From contig OZ024748.1 in NCBI GenBank assembly GCA_964016885.1, positions 42,718,001-42,782,000 of the forward strand: a stretch of 64,000 nt of DNA, in the 5' to 3' direction. Origin of the DNA: Eledone cirrhosa (lineage: Eukaryota). The notes beneath the pieces are model-generated. The model saw nothing but the letters and a program-made list of their open reading frames with translations, was not told where the DNA came from and searched no databases. Shown piece after piece: positions 1 through 16,066 of this stretch. The position numbers and the translations under genes are program-made. Numbering within the stretch: the stretch's first letter is position 1; each line of letters opens with the position of its first letter.

Positions 1-2954
<2,954 letters not shown>

Positions 2955-3154
2955 NNNNNNNNNNNNNNNNNNNNNNNNNNNNNNNNNNNNNNNNNNNNNN
3001 NNNNNNNNNNNNNNNNNNNNNNNNNNNNNNNNNNNNNNNNNNNNNNNNNNNNNNNNNNNNNNNNNNNNNNNNNNNNNNNNNNNNNNNNNNNNNNNNNNNN
3101 NNNNNNNNNNNNNNNNNNNNNNNNNNNNNNNNNNNNNNNNNNNNNNNNNNNNNN
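2955..3154. other. Assembly gap (200 N)
   Basis: Run of N. Confidence 1.
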
Positions 3155-3995
<841 letters not shown>

Positions 3996-4000
3996 ATAAA

Positions 4001-6513
4001 AGCAGAAGTACCCGGCGTTGCCCAGGGTGTAAGTCGACCCTTTGGTCTGTTAGAATGTGTGAAAGTTTCTTCCCGCGCATCACCAGGTTCAAAATTTCGA
4101 ACTTCAATGGAAAAAAATAGGTTTGTAGACACAGGTGTGTAATTTATTAATTGTAGTTACACAGTGTATCGTTGAAATTGTTCTCTGCACGACTGACGGA
4201 AGTCAAAATCGCTTGATATTGAATGTTCAGTTAATTTAAAGCAGGGTGAAAATGTCGATTACTTTCAGGGTTTTTTTTTTACAATTTTTGCGCTCACATG
4301 TGCAGAAGAATAATTAAAAGGGCCTTTATCTTAACCGCGGCATAATGGCGATTCTCTTGTGACAGTTTTCAATAATATAGGACGTTCTGTAAAAAGTTTT
4401 CCCATGTGTAACTTTGCCTTGTTTTTTTTGCGCAAAGTCGAGCCCCGCTTCAGTTTTATTGATTTTTTACATCAATGCGTGATCTCTGAAGTAGATTTGA
4501 GTAGCTAAAAACCTATCCCGGTAAATTTGCTATAGGTGAAAAAAAAGTTGATCAAAATTGTATCTAAGGTTATTGCCCTTTGCCACAGCCTCAAGCCTCG
4601 TCTGACGGGATGTGGTGATTCCTCCGTCAGCGCTTGTTGGCGACGAAGGCGAACATCAGCAAGCCTTGTCGTACGTGATGTTGGTGGACTCAACAGCCGG
4701 GAAAGACGTCTATCAGCGAGTCGAGATTCGCGCTCAGCAGGTATTTCCTAGAGGAAATTAATTAATTCTACTGGTTAGCTAAGCCAATGGCAGTGTCAAT
4801 AGTAAATGAGAAAAGTCTAACATGAACAAAAGGGAATCAAGGTAAGACAATAAATTTAATATAACTACGATTATAATGTTGTAGTTGCTTAAAAGTGGTG
4901 ACAGTTAGGATAAACGCAGTACTTGCTAACATTAAGGGAGAATATTGCATAAAGGATTAATCAATTGTGAACGAACTCATACCTGAGAACGCCTAATTCG
5001 TTATCTCAAAGCAATAGCTGTACCTTTTTTGGAGGTAAGTCTTGAACGTTTCCGTGTGGGCATAACGACGTGTAACGAAGCTGTTAGGTTAGAGAGAGGT
5101 GGTTAAATACAGAGAGAAATGACACCAGATTCGTTAGCATGGTTACTGGTGAATGGGAAGGTTTGGAAATATGATTACAATAACTTACCGAATTTTCCCG
5201 TCTATAAATTGCACTTAAAATAATTAAATTTAATCAAAAAACAGCTCTGCGCTTTATACTCCGGAGAGCCTTATGTATAAATAATACAATGGTAATCAAT
5301 CACGGCTCTAACAGAAGTAATAGATCTAGACTAAAAGTAAAGAAGATAGCATTTTCTGGTTGGCCTTACACGCCGTTGCGCGGACCTGATTTTAAATGAT
5401 ACGCCTTATATCCTGGTGAGCCTTATAGAGCGGAAAATATCTATTGGAAAAGAATACGAATTCATGACCAAGGTGTGACAAAATAGGCGTCTATACAGCG
5501 CCTGAAATAAACTTGTCCAAAACCCTAGGATTTTTCTCGTTAAGTATCCACCCAAAAGGAACCGTTTTTTAGTTACAAAAAATAACCAAAGTGTATAGTA
5601 GCTATATTTCTGACATATCATGCCAAAAAGAACAATATATTCAAAAAATGTTCTAAAGTACATTCAATCTCTCTTTTTGACCGATATCTTAATAAGCAAG
5701 TTATCGATTTTTTATTGGCTGTCAGTGTCTATCTGCATGCAGGTGTGCACGTGTGCGCAATTAATTGCAAATACGCTCATAACATTTAGTCGTAAGCAGA
5801 ACAAAAAATGACATTAGAGGTGGGCTAATAATGAAGACACAAACCCTGGTGAACTTACGTTTAAACACCCGAAAAGTTACTCACTTCCTGTGCAAAAGAC
5901 TGTATTATAAATTAAGTAATTTTTTAGAATCTTTTGTTTAAAAAATGAAAACATTGGTACGACGTAAATTTTTTTACTTGTATTGTATGTGTACAACACA
6001 ACTTGGTCAACGTATTATTTAGTAATTTTTTTTTCAAAAAGCATGATTATTTAAGACTGTTTGAAATTTACTCACAGCTTTTAGGTTCACAAAAGACACC
6101 ATTAAATTTGGTTCCCTTTTCAGATAGGGATAATACTGTATTTCCACTTGAATAAGGTGGAATATGAAAAGAAACTCTTTAATGGTCGGTCGTTTACTGA
6201 GACAGCTGGGAAAACATGCAGCTGGCCGTCCAATCAATAACGCACGTCCTTATATGGGCATATGAAATTTATTTTTATTGCGCCAGATGTAAACTAAGAG
6301 TTCTTGTGTTCGAATTCACATAAAATTTCATTGGAATCGAAAAACATTCTGTCATAGGGCCCGATTATCGATTTTTCGAAAATTTCAAGTAGCCTATTCC
6401 ACTCTACGCGTTGAGTTTTATATATGTGTGAGGTTTCATGAAAATTGGATGAACGGTGTAGCATGCAAGTTCGGTACACTAAACAATGTCCATCTTCCCT
6501 TTATATATATAGA
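4001..6513 (-). mobile_element. Non-autonomous/degenerate Helitron
   Basis: Minus-strand 5' end A|TCTATATATATAAAG at 6513. GC-rich subterminal hairpin ACCCGGC-GTT-GCCCAGGGT at 4010-4028 near a degraded CTAG end. Minus-strand peptide EIPAERESRLADRRLSR..SRTTRLADVRLRRQQALTEESP (about 4600-4748) resembles the N-terminal repeats of Rep-Hel proteins. Confidence 0.7.
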
Positions 6514-6851
6514 TATTTTAAGTTGCGACAGTATACTTACGGTAATATATACTTACGCTAAATATTGATGCAATTCAAATCAAGCACTCAACGTATTTTT
6601 TCCACATAGGATAAACGGAGTATATTTCGAATAAGAAAATGCGAACTAGTTTCAGATGTAAAGTCCTTTATTGATAATGCTGTGATACATATTTCAATGA
6701 CGACAGTGGCCACACGCTTCGGTGTACCCAGTGCCATAACATCATCAGACTGTTTCTTATATAATAAGGATACGTTCCCGAGGCAATCCAAAGTGAAACG
6801 ACAAGGGAAGGGACACGGTGTGTGATCTTGTATCCCTCATCCGTTCCCCTC

Positions 6852-6901
<50 letters not shown>

Positions 6902-6908
6902 TTAGCTT

Positions 6909-7217
6909 TTGTATTTGGAGGGACAGTGTAGAAATAGGAACACAAATTATATTGGTGAGACAACCCGTAGCTTTGGAGAAAGAGTAAATGGACACTGGCG
7001 AGAACTTCAGGATGGGAAGACCTCATCTGTACTCCACCAATATGCCAAAATGGAACTTGTGGGCTCTCTACAGAACATAGAAATAAAAATCATATCCACA
7101 CACATAAAAGACACAATGCTCCGACAGATTACAGAAGCGGCAAACATAAACGAACTCCAATCAAAACGAAACAGAAAACATGCGTGGAATAGCAACAACA
7201 TCACAACTAGAAATTAA
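6909..7217 (+). pseudogene. PLE GIY-YIG endonuclease fragment
   Basis: NYIGETTRSFGERVNGHW...RQITEA motifs; 5' end abuts (TA)n; homologous to 22232-22606. Confidence 0.8.
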
Positions 7218-7273
7218 GGACAAGATAAAGACATACAGAGACACACGAGAACCAAACTCATAATCAAAATATA

Positions 7274-7338
7274 TTTTTTATTATACATATTTCAAAGGTA
7301 CAATGGTGTTTAAGTAAGTTTTCATCAGACAAAATATA
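7274..7338 (-). ncRNA. Degenerate hammerhead ribozyme
   Basis: Minus strand ATTTTGT-CTGATGA...GAAA-TATGTAT-A-ATAAAA; same family as 17748-17810, helix II eroded. Confidence 0.5.
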
Positions 7339-7839
7339 TGATTTGATATGTGACGTTACGGTTTTGATTATTCAATTCTAATACTGGAATTGAATAATCA
7401 AAACCGTAGTAGTATGTCACATAAAATAAAATAAAATACCGGGTGTGTAATGGAGTGTGTAATGGGTTCCCACCCCAAACTGCTGGCCTTGTATCTAAAA
7501 TAGAAACTATTATTATTTACTGTAATCACGAATCATATTTATTTAGAGGGTAGACAATAAATGTAATATAAAGAAAACCGACACAGTTTCAGATTACAAC
7601 ACTTGCTAGACGGGTACAACTCCACTTAAAATGTACTTATTTATTACAAATACACAAAACTGAATAATTATGAACTTATCCAAACAAAGAAACGATATTT
7701 TTGTCAGCGTTTAACAATCACAAGAATTTGACTAGGTCGAGATTTGAACTCAGAACGTAAAGTACCACAGCTAAATACTTCCAAGTATTTTGTCATGTTC
7801 TTTACCAATTCTACCGATCCACCATCATGTAGTTGGAAT

Positions 7840-8200
7840 TAATAATAATTTCTGACATAGACAGAAAACAGGAAATTTGGGGAGAGGAGAAGAACCATCG
7901 ATTATATGACTAAGTTTGTTGGGCATTTTTAAACCTGGTGGAACCCATCTTATCTCCAGGTTTGAATGTAGCAGATTTCTTCCAGAGAAGGATAGAGAGA
8001 GAGTAAGAGAGAGAGATGAAGTGAGAAAGAGATATAGAGCAAGAATCGACCCCAGTACTAGACTGGTACTTTTTTTTATCGACCTCGAAAGGATGAAAGG
8101 CAAAGTTGACCTCGGCAGGATTTGAACTCAGATAGCAGAGAGTCGGAACTAATATCACAAACCATTTTATCCAACGTTCTAATCACTCTACCAACTCGGT
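7840..8200 (-). mobile_element. Octopus OK-like tRNA-derived SINE with internal (AG)n
   Basis: Reverse complement of GAGTTCAAATCC..AACTTTGCCTTTCATCCTTTCGAGGTCGATAAA..GTACCAGT..GGGGTCGAT. Confidence 0.8.
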
Positions 8201-8394
8201 GACGTCAAGTGTTGAAATACAAAGGAATTACTCTCTATTTACTGCAACAAAAGAACTCAGCACGGAAATTGGTTTGTTACTTTGAACCGTTCAAAATTAA
8301 TTTTAAAATCTGCCCGTCACCTTTTAGATAAAAGGGTGAGGCAAATATTTCAACCGAACATTGTTATCAATACGTTATGCAGTCAGGTCATAAC

Positions 8395-8558
8395 ATATGT
8401 TTATATATGTATGTGTTTGTGCGTGTATGTGTCTGTAGGTGTGCATATGTGTGTGCGTGCGTGTGTGTATATGTGTGCATATGTGTCAGTATGCGTGTCT
8501 GTGCATGTGAGCATGTGTGCGCGTCTGTGCCAGTGAGCATCTGTGCGTGTATGTGTGT
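8395..8558. repeat. Degenerate (TG)n microsatellite
   Basis: GT/GC-rich dinucleotide tract. Confidence 0.9.
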
Positions 8559-8560
8559 GA

Positions 8561-8690
8561 AGGCGCGTGGTTTGTGGTTCAAGGGTTCGGTTCACTATTG
8601 TATGAACGTGAGTTGAATTTCTGGAAACGTGTTCTGTCCTTCCGTAAGACACTTTATTTGTCGTTGCTCCAGCGGGAATAAGTTGTATCT
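8561..8690 (+). mobile_element. Degraded tRNA-derived SINE (second family)
   Basis: GTCCTT..AAGACACTTTATTT..GTTGCTCC matches 42962-43170. Confidence 0.55.
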
Positions 8691-8799
8691 ATAAGTGAAA
8701 CATTTAGACCGAATGAAAAGAAACGAAAAGGATCCGACGTTTCTGGTTAAACACTTTATCGAAATAAAGTAAAAGAATCACATAGAAAAAGTGTTATAT

Positions 8800-9546
8800 A
8801 TACATACTCCTGGAAGGATTCTTCCGGGATCCTCCGCAGTTCCGTCGTCACGGCCTTTTTGATGTCCTCCACGTCTTCAAAACAGGTCCCCTCCGGGTCG
8901 AACTCGAAGATCCATGACTCATCACCGGTGATGACTGTCCCTAGTAAGTCTGGTTCGGTTTCAAGACACTCGAGGATGTCCTGGCACACTTGCATGCGTC
9001 GACCCTTCTGGTCATTGTTCAGCAGTTTTGGTACCATCTTCGTGCAGACTTTCCGCATGTCCAAATCTTCAGTGAGAATCTTCCAGACGCTGTCCCAATT
9101 CATGCCCAGCTCATTTACCATCAGTCGAACAGTCAGCCGACAATCGCTACGCACCATCTGCCTGGTACGCTCAACGTTGACCTCAGTCCTGGTTGTTGAG
9201 GGCCTTCCGCTCCTGGAGTCATCTTGCACCACTCAAAAACACGTGAGCGTGACATCGTCTTATCTCCATACACTTGCTTCAGCAATCCCAGTGCTTCTGA
9301 CGGAGTTTTCCCCAACCGTACCAGAAACTTCAAGTTTATTCGTTGCTCTGTGCTCATTGCTTGACGACCTGAAACAGAGGACATGTATATAAAATTATGA
9401 AGAAAAAATGTTGATCGCTGCAGAGGTAAGATTACAGTTACATACTCCAAGGGGATTACTTTGAAGGAGAAAACTCTTAGTGTGAAGTTTGGGTTTGAAA
9501 TAAATCTTTTGTGACATCAGTCCTGGAACTTTTCTGACACGCCTCG
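8800..9546 (-). mobile_element. Mariner transposon relic, internally deleted
   Basis: MSTEQRINLKFLVRLGKT..RVFEW HTH; RSGRP; ITGDESW (first catalytic D) fused directly to the C-terminal FEDVEDIKKAVT; TIR end CGAGGCGTGTCAGAAAAGTTCC with TA at 9547-9548. Confidence 0.9.
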
Positions 9547-9550
9547 TATA

Positions 9551-9603
<53 letters not shown>

Positions 9604-9609
<6 letters not shown>

Positions 9610-10004
9610 TATTAAAAAAATAATGAATAAACAAAGAAACAGTTCCTTATATTAAACAAAAAAATTCATTATTTTACGATCGTTTCTAGGATATATATGT
9701 GTTAGAATTGGTATGCATATTCTATAGATCTATGTACAATATTTATACAAACTATCAGAGGGAATATACATACCTTCACATATATATGCTGTCTTCATAA
9801 ATAATTATTTATGAAGACAGCATATATATGTGAAGGTATGTATATTCCCTCTGATAGTTTCTATAAATATTGTACATAGATCTATAGAATATGCATACCA
9901 ATTCTAACACATATATATCCTAGAAACGATCGTAAAATAATGAATTTTTTTTGTTTAATATAAGGAACTGTTTCTTTGTTTATTCATTATTTTTTTAATA
10001 ATTT
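9604..10004. repeat. About 400-bp near-perfect palindrome (fold-back)
   Basis: 9604-9800 is the reverse complement of about 9808-10004; centre GTCTTCATAAATAATTATTTATGAAGAC. Confidence 0.95.
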
Positions 10005-10159
10005 ATCTTGACTCTGTTTTCCGTTTATTTTTCACCGAAAGTAGTTTTTGAATGCATCTTCTCTTTTCATGATATCCGGATTACATTGAGTTCTTCATAC
10101 GGATTGGACACTACCGTAAACTTTTGGTAGATTTATCTACATATATATATATATATATA

Positions 10160-10190
<31 letters not shown>

Positions 10191-10436
10191 GTATAAACAA
10201 AGTTTCATACACTTAACATATATGTGCCACCACTGATTTCGGGATCCAGTCATGGCCACCACTGTATATTGGAGGGAGGCACCTTTAAACTTGGCCCTTC
10301 ATTCAGGCACATTTTTGTCCACGGAACAAATACCACAAATACCAATTGGCCGTCTCCAGCCAAGCTTCCTGCAACTCTATTTCTTTTACCGAACCCGGAG
10401 GAATGAATTATTAAACTGCCATTATAAGATTTGAAA

Positions 10437-10625
10437 GGTGGTGAATTGGCAGTATCGGTAGAGGGTCGGACGCCATGCTTTCCAGCATAGTTACGTCCCT
10501 TTACGGTCTGAGTTCAAACCCGTTGAGGTTAACTTTGCCTTTCATCCTTACGGGGTCGATAAAATAAAGTACCAGTAATACACTGGGATAATTGCTGGCC
10601 TTGTGCCAAAAGTAGAAACAATTAT
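10437..10625 (+). mobile_element. OK-like SINE
   Basis: TGGCAGTATCGGTAGAG (A box), GAGTTCAAACCC (B box), TTTGCCTTTCATCC..GGGGTCGATAAAATAAAGTACCAGT. Confidence 0.85.
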
Positions 10626-10860
10626 AAGATTTTACTTCTAGACAGAGAAGGAGGAGAACGAGTGCCATGAGGTGTTTAGTTGATGTAACGTTACTGCTTT
10701 GTTTTACCTGACAACATTAGCATATTTCTAGCTATATTGATCAGCAAGGTCAATATAACAGCTTAAGTTTATATCATTTCAATTATATAATAGAAATGAT
10801 TACTATATTTCTCCACCATCTGTCCACTGCTTATATCTCTGATATATAGTTTAGAAAGAA

Positions 10861-11422
10861 ACTGCTGTCGCGGGTGGCGCCGATTCGATTGACCGCCGAG
10901 TCCGTGGTGACAATCAAGCCGCCTCCCCTCTTCACAAAGGAAGCAAAGGCGGTTTTTCTGTGCGTAATAGCCATGTTGAAAGAGGTTGTTTGGTGGAGAC
11001 GATTGAAAGGTCTGAGGTCAGGCAACTTCCTCTCTGGCCATAATCTGGTCTACTTCTTCCGATATCACTTCGGAAGAAGGATAAGAATGGAGAGAGAGGT
11101 GCTTGGCCACAGACAGTTTATGAAAGGTGGGTGATAGTGGCGAGAATGGTTCGTGTAAATGGGCCTTCTCTGTATACCATCCTGTAGGTAAAGAAGTGAA
11201 GGAGAGGGGAGCACCTTCTCCATGTGCTCCCCAGGCAAAGGATTGCACACTTTTTCGGGGGGGGGGGGGGATGCAACCCCCATCACGTCCCCTCCCTTTT
11301 GAGGTTGTTTTCGATTACTTTCATTTTATACCCTTTTTACTCGGTTTTATGTAAACTCCCCCTTTGTATTTGTCCCTTCTTTTTATGCCTTTATGGTAAA
11401 TAAAGAAATATATCTATCTATA
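10861..11422 (+). mobile_element. Tx1-like LINE, 3' fragment
   Basis: PIRLTAESVVTIKPPP..RYHFGRRIRMERE, 3'UTR, ends AATAAAGAAATATATCTATCTA. Confidence 0.9.
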
Positions 11423-11448
11423 TCCCAAATGTAAATATCTGCTGGATA

Positions 11449-11755
11449 TTGAGTGGCTTTATCAACTTTGATGAAGACACAATAATTTCGGTAGGGAAGT
11501 CCTCCAGGAGTATATTTAACGGTACTAGCTTAGAAGTTCTGGTCCAAATGAGGCCAGAACATATAGCTAGAATCCCACAACGTGTGCCTCTGGATGGAGT
11601 TTCCTACATAAACATTTCTGTTGAGGGTAGGCGGCCTTCATGTTACCACTGTTTAAGCAGTGGTCACCTGAAGGCTTACTGTCCTCAGTTAACTAAAAAA
11701 AAAAAGTGGCACTACTGCCAACACCCAAAACAACAACACAACCACCACCACCACC

Positions 11756-11842
<87 letters not shown>

Positions 11843-12621
11843 CGCAAACACAACCAAAACAAGAACAACAAACCAACCTGCAAGCACAGTCCCACCCAAC
11901 CCCACTCCACCACTGCAAAAACACCCACAAACACAACAGCTCCCCAAAACAAACCCCTTCCAAATAACACAGACACCACAACGGACGAGGCCCCCACATC
12001 ATCACCAAGTGATGATGAGGGAGAGCCTCTCCGTTCGAAAGGAAAGAAGAAAAGACACCACAAGAACAAACAAACAACAAACATCACTACAAACATACAA
12101 CCAACAACACAAACATTACAAACAAACAAACAAACACCCCCCCCCCCCCGTCCCGAAAACAAAACCACGACATCACTCCAAACACAAACACCTACAACAA
12201 AACGAAAGCTCCCACAAGAACAACAGACAAAACCACCGCAACACAACAATACATAAACAGTAAAAACAAAACTGTAATGGAGATCAACTCAAACGACCCT
12301 TCGGTGAAAACCGAAGGGAAAACTTTTTCGAACTGTGTTGACAAACCTAATTTAAAGATGATTAGGGTCCCTACGGACACCTATAAGTCTTTAAAGGAAA
12401 ACTTTCCTAAGGGTGTGGGTAATCCTTGTGTTAAACCCATTAACCGCGTCCTTTTAAAAAGTTTCCCCACCCTCACCCCAGACACACCCACCCCACCAAA
12501 CATCTCCGTCCCCACCCCGCCGGAAACCACCACCCAGACAACTCCTCTAACACCCCCATGGAAACCGTGCGGCCTGATCCCCGGGAGAGGAAGAGGTGAG
12601 TGTTTTCTTCTCCTCCTTTAA
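11449..12621 (+). pseudogene. Tx1-like ORF1 (gag-like CCHC knuckle; Q/T/P-rich low-complexity tail with (CAA)n)
   Basis: CX2CX4HX4C at about 11641-11682; (CAA)n at about 11755-11840; frame shifts. Confidence 0.8.
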
Positions 12622-12636
12622 CTTTTCAGAACCAAC

Positions 12637-15600
12637 ATGGCCAATATAAGAGTTGGGGTGTGTGAATGTACGCGGCCTGGAGATGCCCTGGAAACAGGGC
12701 AAACTCTTAAACGACCTCAGGTCGCACAGTATGGATGTAGTAGCCATTTGCGAGTCCAGGATCCACAGCGAGCGACAGCTGGCCCCCATCTTCGATGACT
12801 TTGAGATCTACACACCTCTCTGTCAGACGAGAGGTTGGGACAGGGTTGCCGTCTTGCTGCGGAAACACCTGGACCTCGTAACACAGACGGTACATCTGGA
12901 CCCGGAGGGTCGACTGTTGGTCCTAGACGTTGACGGTAGTGAAGGTGGAGCCTTCAGGCTGGTGGCGGCATATGGCCCATCCGGGACACCGCGGCCAGAC
13001 TTCTTCAAACGTCTAGAGACTTTTCTGGGAACGTCCCGCTCTCTGCTGTTAGTGGGGGACTGGAATGGAATCCTAGATGCACGTTGGGACTATGTGGGAG
13101 CATGTCCCGATAGAGAGGGGTGTAACAGCCTCAAACAGTTAATCCGCCAATTTCAAGTGGCCGATAGATATCGACTAGATTTTCCGACTGTGCCACTGTG
13201 GACGTGACCAACCACAGCGGAACATCCAGATCGTACCTAGATAGGTTTCTAGTTAGAGTTAGTGATAGGGACACGTTAAGCTGTCCACAAATGTTTATGG
13301 TTGCCTATTCAGATCACAAACTAGTGACCTGCTTAGTCAACCTTGATAGAACCCATAGACAGGGACCCGCCTACTGGAAGCTGAACTTGTCGTTACCAAC
13401 ATGCAAAGCCAACAGTAGACGGCTTAGCACTTTAGTTAAGCAACACTTGACGGGGGCCATTGTCAACAACAGATGGTGGTACTCTATCAAGAGGGCAGTT
13501 AGATTAGACTCGATAGGTTTTAGTAACGAATTAGTGTTAGATAGAAATAGAACCGAGAAAGAACTGGGAGATAAAGTAGAAGAGGCAATTAGAAGTGGCA
13601 ACGTAGCCAGCGTGCTAGCGGCGAGAACGGCCTTGGACCAGTTCTTCGACGCAAAGCACGAAGGCTGCGTTGTCAGAAGCAAAATACGTGCTCTGGGAAA
13701 CGAGGGAGCCAAAGCTGTTAGCTGGGCTAGAGTGACAGAGGCGAAAAGTGGCAACAAGTCCACGATTCGGTCTTTGAAGGACCAAGACGGACGCGTGATA
13801 CGTGAGCCGAAGCAGATGTGCGCGGCCTTTCAGCGGCACTTTGCTCAACTGTTCGGGCAGGGCGGCAACGGGAGGGGCTATGGATTTCAGTCCATACCTC
13901 GACTGCCTACCGCGACACTCGGACAGCGATGCGAAGTTCTGCGAAAGGCCGATTTCGGCCACTGAGATAGGGGACGCGCTGAGCCAATGCGGCAAACGCA
14001 AATCTCCAGGTCTCGATGGTCTACCCTACCAATTTTACGTAGCAATGCCGGACTTATTCTCCGGTCTCCTGGAAGCGGTCTACTGCAACTGGCAACAGAA
14101 CGGGAGAATTCCCAGTTCTGTGACCGGGGGCGTAGTCACACTTATCAGGAAGGACGAGAATAAGGGGTATGACATAGGCACCTTCCGGCCCATAACTCTG
14201 CTAAACACAGAGTTACAGATTTTGGCAAAGGTGTTGGCAAAGAGGCTGGCGCTTGTCGTCGGGAACCTAGTGGGAGAAGCGCAGACTTGCGCAATCCCGA
14301 CCAGGTCCATACACGACAACCTCCACCTCATGCGATACATCATAGAGAGGGTAGGGTGTAAACCCGGCTTCGGTGGGGCCCTGATCAACTTGGATCAGTC
14401 TAAGGCTTTCGATAGGGTTGACCATCGTTACCTGGATGCGTTGCTCGAGGCCGCAGGCTTCGGACCCGTGTTCAGGGGCTGGATTGCTGCAATGCATAAC
14501 AGCAACATCTGCTCAAGGGTCAAGGTGAACGGCTACCTCTCGGAGCCGTTCCATATCACGCGATCCATTCGACAGTGATGCCCTCTCTCCTCCCTTCTGT
14601 ACGTATTGACTCTCGAGCCACTACTGCAGAAGAGGGAGCTATTGCAGGGCATCCCTCTGGAACCGGGACTGCGGAAAGCGGCGTCGGCCTACGCCGACTA
14701 CGTGACAGTAATGGTGTCGAGCGCCTCGCAAATTGAGGAAGTCCGCACCTTACTGAAGAATTACGAAAGGTTCACAGGAGCGAAGCTGAACCGGGACAAG
14801 TCCATCGGTTTGCAACTCGGATCGTGGAGGCAGACCGATGCCTTTCGATGGCGTCGTCGGACGCTGGATGGAAGGACCAGTAAAGCTGCTCGGGGTCTGG
14901 TTTGGTCCGGACCTCCAGGTGGAGAACTGGAACGAGGTGACGGCCAAGGTGTTTGCACTCACCCAGAAGTGGGCCGAGTGCAAACTATCCTTGAAAGGTC
15001 GAGCGGAGGTGGCGAACATTTTTATAGCGTCCGCCATCTACTACCGCTTGACCGTCGTGCCTTGTCCAGCCAAAACGCTCACCAAAATGGAGCACGCGCT
15101 CTTCCAATTCCTTTGGAAGAGCCGAGCTCCTTTGGTGAGAGATCCAACTGCTGCCAACACCCTTCCAACGGAGGGCTGGGGATGCCGTGGCTGACGATGT
15201 GCAAACACGCGCTCAGGCTTCGGCATCTCTACGTATTCCTCACCGGACAACCGGTGTGGGCCCCGTTCGTGAGGCGAGCCGTCCCACGACTCGTCTCGCT
15301 GACCGAGCTGCAGTCCTGGGTCAAGCAAAGACCGAGGAAAATGGGCGACTGGCACATCGAATGTGCTCAGGCGCTCACAGCCCTCTGGCAGGCGGACCCG
15401 ACGATCAGTGGAGACTCCACTTCGTCATTCTATAGAGGGTTGATCCGCAGCAATTGCGACGACGTGCTCGGTGAAACTCTAGGCGTAGAGGAAGACGAAC
15501 AGGCCAGTCTGTTCGGTAGGACCTTCCGCCCGGGACCGATGGACAACTTCCAAAAGTCTCTGGCCTGGCAGTGCTACCCAGGAGCTCTACCAGTTCGAGA

Positions 15601-16066
15601 CAAGCTCTACAAACATCGGCGCCCGGGCAGGGACCCTGCAAAAAAGGTCTGTCCGAGGTGCGTGCGAGACGAAGAAACCATCGCGCACGCATTCATACAC
15701 TGCCCGGGCGCCACCGACCTGTGGGGCTATGTAGAACGACTATTGTCGCGTGTGGGACCAATCCGGTTGACCACCGAGTCCATTGTCATGATCAAACCGC
15801 CACCCTCCTTCAAAAACGAAGGAGAGGCGGTTTTCCTTTGTGTGATAGCTATGGCGAAAGAGGTTGTATGGTGGACAAGTTTGAAAGGGCTGAGGTCAGA
15901 CACCTTTCTCTCCGGCCAACAACTGATTCTTTTTTTCAAATACCACTTTGGAAGAAGAATCAGGATGGAGAGAGAGGTGCTGTACCCCAGCAAGTTTTAT
16001 GAAAGGTGGGTGAAAGTGGCGAGAATGGCCCGAGTGAATGGGCCTTCTCTCTATATCAGCCTGTAG
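12637..16066 (+). pseudogene. Tx1-like ORF2 (APE-RT-zf), several frameshifts and a stop
   Basis: ATG in CCAACATGG at 12637; ORF pieces 12653-13207, 13198-13965, 13802-14578, 14606-16066, 14838-15194. Confidence 0.92.

Noticed and set aside
11689-12263. PolyQ/V/C/L ORFs
   Set aside because: Alternative frames of the (CAA)n tract in Tx1 ORF1
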